Source of the DNA: Eledone cirrhosa
Lineage: Eukaryota
Assembly: GCA_964016885.1 (NCBI GenBank)
Contig: OZ024755.1
Location: forward strand, 9,052,001-9,116,000
Direction of reading: 5' to 3'
Length of the DNA stretch: 64,000 bases
Shown: in pieces, positions 54,808 to 64,000 of the stretch
Layout of the letters: every line of letters begins with the position of its first letter
How positions within the stretch are numbered: the stretch's first letter is position 1
Notes under the pieces: generated by a model
What the model was told of the DNA's origin: nothing
Seen by the model: the letters and a program-made list of their open reading frames with translations, nothing else
Database searches by the model: none
Translations under genes and position numbers: made by a program

Positions 54808-57054
54808 ATATGTATATATATATATAAAGTTTGATACGACGAAGTTTCACTTTAAAATGTTTTTATTGAATATCGATAGTACATATGTTTCCCAGATCAT
54901 TGACTCGAGTTCAATGTCCATGTGATAACCCAGCCTCTAGCATTGATCTGTTTGTCAGATAAGTGGATTTGATTAATGGATGATCAGGGTAATCTGAACT
55001 CGACAAAGTAGATGTTAATTCATTTTATTTTCTATATGTGCCACTACAAAATGAAAATTTACAAATAATTATAAACAGTTTAGAGCTGCAATAAAAAAAC
55101 TGAAATGAAGAAATCATATTGAATGAAATATACGCCAGCGGTGCCCCAGTATGGTCTCAGCCCCTCAGCTGGAATGCAAATAAATGAATATACCATAGTG
55201 GACAAGGGAGGGCAGAGTATGAAAGAATGATGCTAGGGCTGTGAAATATTGTATGCATCATTAATTTCAACCCTTCTTATTAATATCTGCATCGTTTTTT
55301 GCAGTAACTATGTTGAAAAATAATCCTCATTTGGTCATTCCATGAGAGTAACTTGGTCAGCCTATGAACTTTCCAGCCGAACCTCGTATAAAATATGAAT
55401 TTACTGCCTCATAAATATCTCTACTCATTGTGTATTTCTCATAATGCGTCAAATTGGTAAACTAGTTGGGACATTGGATAGAATGGTTTGCGCAATTTGC
55501 TTAGTTCTGAATCCAAATTATGCCGATGTCAATTTTATCTTCCCCTTTCTCTCTCTATTTATTTATATAGTTTTTCTATTCATCCATATATTTTTCTATT
55601 TATCTGCAAATCTATTCATCTATCTATCTCTGACTTTCATCGTTTCGATATCAATAAATAAAGTACCATTCTAGAACATTGGTCGATTTTTCCTTTATAT
55701 TTCTTATCACTTCCGAACGTTGAGTCTCTCTCTATTTAACTGGAAGAAATTGGTTGTGTTGAGACATAGAGAGAGATGGGTTCTGCTAGGTTTAAGTGCC
55801 GAGGAGGGTGCCCCTAAAATTCCATGTGTTAAGGGTCAGAGAGGACGAAAAAAGAACATTTCATTTTCTTGTTGGATATGACCAATTACCTAAGTTATTT
55901 GTCATTTGGTGTTTGTTGTAAAATCACCAGAAACGAGCAAATTTGGGAATTAGATATTCATCATACTTCATCAGAGATCTCAAATGCAACTGGTGAATCC
56001 ATACGTACATATATATATGTCTGCATGTATGTATATATATATATACATACTACTGTACGTCTGTATACATATATGTATGTACGTGTACATACTTATATTT
56101 AAGTAAGAGCCGTACTAAGAGTGGGAAATGAAATTTCGTTTCATTTTTTCCGTTTATATATATATATATGTGTGTGTGTGTGAACTTGTGACTATGTATG
56201 CTTGTATGCATATATTATGTGTGTGTGTATATATATATATATATGTGTGTGTGTATGTGTGCGTGTGAGTGTATGTATATATCATATCATCATCATAATT
56301 TCAAACAGCTGTATTAGAATTTCCGTGATAATCATAGCCATTAAGATAATGATCTTAGCGATGGTTGTCGTGGTGGTGTTGGCGGCGGTAGCTTCAGTAC
56401 TGCCGGTGGTGGTGTTGGCGGGGTGGATACTGGGTGTATTGTTGTCAGGGGGAGGTAGTTCTGTGCCGGTTGTGGTAGCGTGACGATCATGTTATTTTGT
56501 ATTCAGGTGCCGATGTATCTAGTAATATAGTTATTTTTTTACTCCAGTATGACCATAGTCAAATAAATGAATAATCCTTACATATATTGAGTACTACAGT
56601 AGCGGTTGTTATAGCAACAACTAGAGTAGCAATAGTATTGGTAACAACTACAGTAGACACTGCCTCCATCTCTCGCTCTCCCCATCTCTCACTAAGAAGT
56701 CTTGTACCCTCAGTTGCTTCATGCCACTGAAACTGGAAGAAGCACTGGTCTGATGAGCCTCCAAGCTCGAGACAAACATATTAGACGCCACAAATTGCAT
56801 GCCTTGTGTCTTGATTAGAAACTATTATTAAACTCATCTGCATTATCACACCCTATAATTAACATTGGCGACGAATTGGCTGGGTTGTTAGGGCGTGAGA
56901 TTATATGCCAAGGTATTTCAATTCCAATTTCTTGCGCCAAGCTAACTTTGATATATAAAATTAGCGGTTTTGCTGAGTATTCTATTTTCTTGTCTATGGG
57001 CCCCTCCCCCCAAACCTGAAGTACCCTGGGCCCTCCAGGGTCTAAATCCAGCCC

Positions 57055-57205
57055 TGGGTACCATTTATACTTCCAGCTGAGTGTCCTGGAGCAACGTGAA
57101 AAAAGGGTCTTGCTCAAGGACACAACACACCGCGAAGGTTCGAACTAATAATTTTACGATCGCGAACCGAAAACCCTAACAATTAAGCCATGTGTCTTCA
57201 CACAT
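57055..57205 (-). mobile_element. SINE family 2 head and CORE
   Basis: CAGCTGAGTGTCCTGGAGCAACGTGAAAAAAGGGTCTTGCTCAAGGACAC..TTCGAAC. Confidence 0.8.
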
Positions 57206-57269
57206 CATATAGTATTAATTTCATCATAACCACAATTTACATCACTACTAGCTCCATTGTGGAGTCTGT

Positions 57270-57710
57270 ACGTGGACATACTACCTGCTAGAAATACAGC
57301 CAAATCACCCTCAAATCATACTTTCATTTACATCACCGCTACCAATTCCACCAGTCATATCATGGAAGGGGCTCTTTCATGAATACTCTAGCTGCTAGAA
57401 ATAGCAGTCAAATCACCCTCAAATCCCACCTTCCTTTACACCAATGCCAGTGCCAGCAACACCTGTTCCACCAGCAATAATAGACAGGGCCTCTGCATGG
57501 AAAATCTACCTCCTAGAAATAACAGCCAAAGCCCTCAGAAATAGCACTCTACCTTTTTTCTTTTTTAAAAAAGGAACCGTTGATAATGAGTCTGGACCTG
57601 GCTTAGTTGCATATAGAGAAAAACGATGGGGTTGTCACGGTTGGAATGACTTTTATCATATAACTAGTTTATGAGGGTTTACCTGAGTCTAAACAACACC
57701 AACAACAGCA
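57270..57710 (+). repeat. Three tandem copies of a retroposon-tail-like unit, then a (CAA)n-tailed end
   Basis: CTGCTAGAAATA.CAGCCAAATCACCCTCA recurs near 57282, 57388 and 57506. Confidence 0.6.
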
Positions 57711-57929
57711 AACAGCATTATCTAGAACAATAGCAACAATAACAACAATATCAACAACAAACATTTTATACAGAAGCAATAACAACAACAACACAAAAAG
57801 CAAACCACATTATATAAAACAAAACAGCATTAACAACAACAACAACAATACAAAAGCCACTGTAACTAACACTAACATCGAAATATATCGCACCCTTTTC
57901 TTATACACTTCTTCACCGCCAAAAATTGT

Positions 57930-57950
57930 CGCAGCAGCAGTAGTAGCAGA

Positions 57951-58008
<58 letters not shown>

Positions 58009-58009
58009 A

Positions 58010-58064
<55 letters not shown>

Positions 58065-58110
58065 CCCAACAGCAGCAGCACCACCACCACTACCACCACC
58101 ACCACCACTA
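57930..58110. repeat. (AGC)n/(AGT)n/(ACC)n compound microsatellite
   Basis: Direct observation. Confidence 0.95.
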
Positions 58111-58463
58111 GTGTTGCCGCTTCATCCCCCAAGATGCCATTCCAGCTGTTACCATCTCTGTTAGAAGACCTGCCGATACCAACTTCACGCGCTGACAGCA
58201 GCAGCCACCACCACCGCCGCCGCCAAACCAAATCAGAGCTAGAACAGGAGATGATAGGACAAAAACCCAAACACATAATACCAAACAAAAACAAAAACAA
58301 ATGACAAACACAAACAATTAAGCAAATAAAAATCCACAGGAAAATGAATAAATATAAAATTTAAAACGAATCATATATGTATATATAGTTATATATATAT
58401 AGTAATATATACATAGTTATATATACATATATATATATTGTTATATATGCATATATACAACTG

Positions 58464-58624
58464 GACATTTCTGATTATTTCATGCGAATGAAACAGTTCT
58501 AGTCCTGTAGAAGTCATTTATATATATATATAATAAAGATGCCTACACTCTACCAATGTATTGAGTACCTTTTTTAACGGTGGTTACCTCCACGCCACAA
58601 CTCGGAAATTTACACATTACAACC

Positions 58625-58627
<3 letters not shown>
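58464..58627 (+). mobile_element. Family A element with core-mutated hammerhead (58464-58515)
   Basis: GACATTT-CTGATTA-TTTCATGCGAAT-GAAACAGTTCTAGTCCTGTA-GAAGTC, then TATTGAGTACC tail. Confidence 0.75.
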
Positions 58628-58663
<36 letters not shown>

Positions 58664-58825
58664 ACTGCATATATATATTTATATATACAACTGTATTTAT
58701 ATTTATATATATATATATGTGTGTGTGTGTATGTATTCAGAAAAATCATAATTTGAGTAACAACAGAATAGAAAACTCGCAATATAAATTTTGTGAAAAT
58801 GCATTTTGTTACAGCGTCCCGAGGC

Positions 58826-59140
58826 CCACCGTTACTATACCAACAACACCTGGAGCTACCGCCGTTACTATAGGAACAGCACCTGGAGCTAAGCTACTGT
58901 CGTTACTGTAATACCAACACCTGGAACCAACGTCGTTACTATAGAAAAAACAGCTGGAACTACCGCCGTCAGCTAAGCTATAGTCCTTATTATAGGAACT
59001 AAGTCTGGATGTACCGCTGTTACTATAGGAACAAACACCTGGAGCTAAACTACCGATGTTACTATAGGGACAACACTTGGAAATAGTGCCGTTACTATAG
59101 GAACAACTGGAACTACCGCTGTTACTATAGCAATAACGAC
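58826..59140. repeat. Degenerate minisatellite, about 33-bp unit GTTACTATAGGAACAACACCTGGAACTACCGCC, about 8 copies
   Basis: Direct observation; indels break the frame. Confidence 0.85.
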
Positions 59141-59557
59141 TGAAACTATAGCAACGACTGGAAATACAGCGATAACGACCGGCGTTGGTATAGCAACAGC
59201 AACTGGTTAAACTGCAGCAGTAACTATAGCAACAAGTATACCGACCACATGAATAACTGGAGATATTTCTTTAGGATTTTTCTACCACATTTTGGAGGTA
59301 TAAGCACGGATCTACCACTGTAACTGTAGCAACTGGAGCTGGATCTACCAGTGTATCTATAGCAACCGCTACCGAAGCTGGATCTACCATTGTAACTATA
59401 TCAACCGTTGGATCTACTGTGTAAACTATAAGGAGCTGCAGTAACAAGTGGTTACTACAACCACCGGTATTGCATACACCATACAACCATTCAGCATCAC
59501 AACACAGCTATCAACACATCAACAAAATTCCCTGCTTTATCATCTTCATCGTTATCA

Positions 59558-59600
<43 letters not shown>

Positions 59601-60717
59601 GTAAATAATATTAATAATAATAACAACAATAATAATATTAGTGGTGTTGTGGTGCATGCGGGTTAATGTGAGATAAAAACGCGGCAATCCAATCTCACTC
59701 CACGTACGTCGCTAATGCCAACTAGAGAGGAATGAACGCCACATAATCTCATTCATTTTTTCTCTCGCAAATTTTTACTATACTGTGCTTTAGTCAGAAA
59801 CTAAATAATTGTTATGTTTGATATCATTTACATTATTATTAGTATTACTAGAAAACTTACCGAACTAACCCAACTTTAAATTTGACAACAACAACAACAA
59901 TAGCAACAAATATATCAAATTAAAAGCGGGAAAATGAAATGTTTGTAGTTTAATTGTCGGCATTATTATTTTTTTTTCTTTTTTTGCGAGCATAATTATC
60001 TTTATTTTTTTTTTTTTAAGTTTATATGAAAAAATGAGAAATATATTAGATTTGGTTTGGGAAATCCAGTAAAAACAAGAAAAAACAATTTAAACTTTTA
60101 CCTTATATATTTCATAATATTTCAGGGATATACCCCCCACCCCTCCTCACCTAAACCTTTTGTTTCCTTGTTCGTTTGTTGTTGTTGCTTTTTATTTTCG
60201 TTTAACAATCTATTTGACAATTCGTTATCAACTACATTGATAATTAATAAAAGGGGGTAAAAAATAAAACAAGGATTTATTTTTGACGGCGTTACAAAGA
60301 TTTAGGCAGATAATATTAAGTGCTTCACTGATAGATAACACCTGCATCAAACATTTACATCTGCTCCTCGGTCAGTGGGAAGACAACAAAAAGTTATAAC
60401 ACACACTGACACACGCACTCACTCACATAGAGAGAGAGGGAGAGAGAGAGAGAGAGAGATATGAAAAGGGGATTATAAAGTATTTTGAATATCGATAAAT
60501 AAGCATAAGCACTAGCAAGCCGGTTTCGAATCCTAGAAGAGTTATTATTTGTACTGAACCTATCAACGTTATTATTCATAAATAAATCTATCATTTTGTG
60601 TTCGGACCCGGTGTGTATATATATATATATATATATACAATCGGGTAGTGCAGATTACTACCCTTTCATATTTATAATTATATATAACTCATATATAAAT
60701 ATAAATAATATTATTAG

Positions 60718-60749
<32 letters not shown>

Positions 60750-61683
60750 ACTCCACATCTGTAAGTAATGTGTAGTAAAAGAAACTTATCTTTGAGTAAA
60801 AATTTAATTATAAAAGGTATTTAATTAAAACAACGAAATAACACATTAAAGATTAAGATTAAATAGATGGCTTATCAGCTGGCATAAAGATAACAATTCA
60901 GCTATAGAATAGTTTCACCTGTTGTGCTGTTTTCTGTTTGACTGATAAGTGAAACTACGATGACAGGATAGCTGACCAATCAAATAGACAGGCTGGTGAA
61001 GCAGATTAATCTTGATGTATTAAACTTGATTGATCACTCGGAAGCAAAGGAACTGACTTGATAATTTCATTGCGGAACAAACATATAGTTGGGCATTTTA
61101 TTTGATTGTCAGAGATAACAAAGAGTTTACAATATTGTCGAATATAAAATACTAATTTGATTGCTATTGCTGAAATATTAGGGGCTCCTAACTAAGGCTC
61201 CTCAGACTGTCAAGGCCCCTAAAGGTAAAACAGTGTCTGTGAGCTAAATTCAAATTTTCAAGTATCCTGTTAAAAACATAATATATACACAATACCAGGA
61301 TATCTATTCTTCTCTAAGTATATGATTTCTCTCTTCTGATTATTATTCTTTAAATATGATAATCGGAGAGGGGAAGTAATTGTAACGGGGTGTCCATGGG
61401 GACAACGAGTATAATAAAAAGGGTCTTTGGTAGAGAATAGCTTGAAAACCAGTGAAATCAATGTATTTAGTCCTGATATCAGGTAAATGAAAAAGTTGGG
61501 ATAGTTGAATGAAATTAGACAACCTGGCAGGGAGATCAATTTCCAACTGAGATTTTACAAATTAAATGTCAGTGGTCATTAAAGTATTTGCAACACCTGG
61601 TAAGGAAGGGCAGAAAATACTAATTACACATTTACTAAGAAAGAACAGAGAACACTAACCACATATTAATGAGAAAATATTAA

Positions 61684-61914
61684 CCCTTTCATTACCACAT
61701 TTTTAATGAAAGACATTGCTAGTGATTTTCAAATAACGTTGACAATACTCAAGAATGTAGAGGGGGTTGGTAAAAGTTGCTGTTTGGAACATAACTTAAC
61801 AAAGTTCTTACATAAAATCATATAGGACATTTTCACATAAATATAAACATATAAAATAAACGGTTTTGTATCATAGGACCAGGGAAAGTTCCAGGCGTTT
61901 AGGTATCAAAAGTG
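61684..61914. mobile_element. piggyBac-like MITE
   Basis: TTAA-CCCTTTCATTACC...GGTATCAAAAGTG-(T)TTAA; its right end matches the left end of 13104-13159. Confidence 0.65.
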
Positions 61915-62251
61915 TTTAAGTGTGTGAGCTTTAAACGGAAAGATTCAGTGATAAAAGAAAGTTAAAGACAAAGTTAGATAGACAGGTAGGTAGAAAGATA
62001 GATAGATAGAGTAGATACGCAAATAACATATAAGAACACAGTTAAATATATAGTTATTAGTTAAGTACGTAGTAGGTAGATAGATCGATAGGTGTGTGTA
62101 TGTGTGTGAGAAAGTTCATATATAGAGAGAGATAGATATATAGATATTTACAATTTACAAGGTGTATAAATATATTCATAGAAAGACACGGAATAATATA
62201 CACAAACATCAATTATACAGGTAGACGGAAACATATATATATATTATATAT

Positions 62252-62305
62252 ATAGGAAAAGAGTCAGGACCCCGTCGGCTGAGCTCCGGCCGTTTCGACA
62301 GCTAG
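62252..62305 (-). mobile_element. Diverged family B fragment (half hammerhead) between TA arrays
   Basis: Minus strand GTCGAAACGGC-cggagctca-GCCGACGGGGTC. Confidence 0.65.
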
Positions 62306-62485
<180 letters not shown>

Positions 62486-63292
62486 GATGATTAAATAGAT
62501 AGATGTCTATATATTCCATTAGGGTTTTGGTGAAGGGTTTAAAATGAGGATATATAACAGAAATCCTTTTTGGTAAAAGGGCTCTTCAATCAACACTGAC
62601 GATTTTTTTTTTTTTCTAGGCGACTTGCTGAGGGTCGGTAAACTTAGTTGGTCCGTTAGGGAACTCGCGTGCAAACGCGCACGCAAGTCAGTGCGCGTGC
62701 GTGTGGGTGTCAGTGCGTACATCTGTGTGTCCGTATGTGTATCCGTGTATGCACACGCTTGTGTAAATGTGAGAGTGTAAATGTGTCCGTATGTGTGTGT
62801 CTGTGAGAGAGAGCGTGTGTGTGTGTGTGCGTGTGTGAGACCGTGAGAATATAATTGTGTAATTGTGTATGACAGCGAGAAGTGTCTTAATATTACAGCG
62901 TATACTATAGTATTGTATAGTATATCAAGGTGTAGTACAGTACAGTATAGTATAATATAATATAGTATAGTGTGTGTTAGTCTTTCTATGTAAGAGTTTA
63001 CGTTAAAGTTGAATTGAAACTCTACACATCGATCTGAATATAATATAATATACATACATGCACACACACATATATATATAGATATATACATATCTATATA
63101 TATACATATACATATATACACATATACATATATATACATATATATACATATATATACACATATACATATATATATATACATATATATATATACATATATA
63201 CATATACATACATATATATACATATACATATATATATATACATATACATATATATATATATACATATACATAATATATACATATATATATAT

Positions 63293-63324
<32 letters not shown>

Positions 63325-63342
63325 GTATATATATACACACAC

Positions 63343-63398
<56 letters not shown>

Positions 63399-63615
63399 AC
63401 ACATGAGTTCATGAGCATGTAATTGTAAATGCATATGTGTGTGTGTTCTGAGTGGTGTAGTGTAGAGTGGTGTAGTGTGGTGCGGTGTGGTGGTGCGCGC
63501 GTACGTGTTGGTGTGTGTAAGCCTTCCCGTAGTTAAGTGCTTGTCTTTGGTTTTGACTCGCGACTACGTTATTATCACACACGTCTGTCAGTAGGGCTGT
63601 CAGAGCCGAACAACT

Positions 63616-63649
<34 letters not shown>

Positions 63650-63739
63650 CCCTCTATCACATACACACTCTCTCTCAAACATACACACTCTCTATATATC
63701 TATCTATCAACCTCTATCCCGCGCTCTCCCTTTCGCTGT

Positions 63740-63771
<32 letters not shown>

Positions 63772-63775
63772 CTAA

Positions 63776-63809
<34 letters not shown>

Positions 63810-64000
63810 CTATGTAGCTATCTATCTCTCTTTAACTCTCTCTCTCTCTCTATCTATCTATCTATGTAGCTATCTATCTCTCTTTAACTCTCTCTATCTA
63901 TCTATCTATCTATCTATGTAGCTATCTATCTCTCTTTAACTCTCTCTCTCGGATTTTCATTTTTTTTCGTCTTTTTTTTCTTTTCCCAGTTGTTTTTGTC

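Noticed and set aside
56745-56775. CTGATGAGCCTCCAAGCTCGAGAC
   Set aside because: No GAAA core; looks like a SINE-tail stem-loop.
58826-59140. CRISPR-like appearance of spaced repeats (also 20256-20540)
   Set aside because: No unique spacers, units are degenerate, no cas genes, and the context is eukaryotic.

Overview
AT-rich, microsatellite-saturated eukaryotic non-coding DNA. The tRNA-headed SINE families look cephalopod (probably octopus), which is an inference from pattern recognition. No intact host protein-coding gene is supportable, and almost all ORFs in the track are translations of (TA)n, (CA)n, (GA)n or trinucleotide repeats. Recognisable content: two tRNA-derived SINE families, LINE 3' fragments (Tx1/L1, CR1, RTE-derived), several DNA-transposon MITEs and degenerate minisatellites. 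The main signal is a set of at least 8 unrelated families of short (150-450 bp) non-coding elements sitting in (TA)n arrays. They carry type I hammerhead ribozyme (HHR) folds (stem I, CUGANGA, stem II, GAAA, mostly palindromic stem III, NUH). About 10 copies look structurally complete and about 10 more are degenerate or half copies. Several have very long structured stem II insertions (about 50-115 nt). Many have an inverted duplication whose breakpoint falls on the ribozyme, and they share a (TATT)GAGTRC-like motif 40-70 nt before the 3' (TA)n. One copy follows a Penelope-type ORF C-terminus, suggesting non-autonomous Penelope-like/retrozyme-like elements that target TA microsatellites. All folds were paired by eye and no activity was tested.
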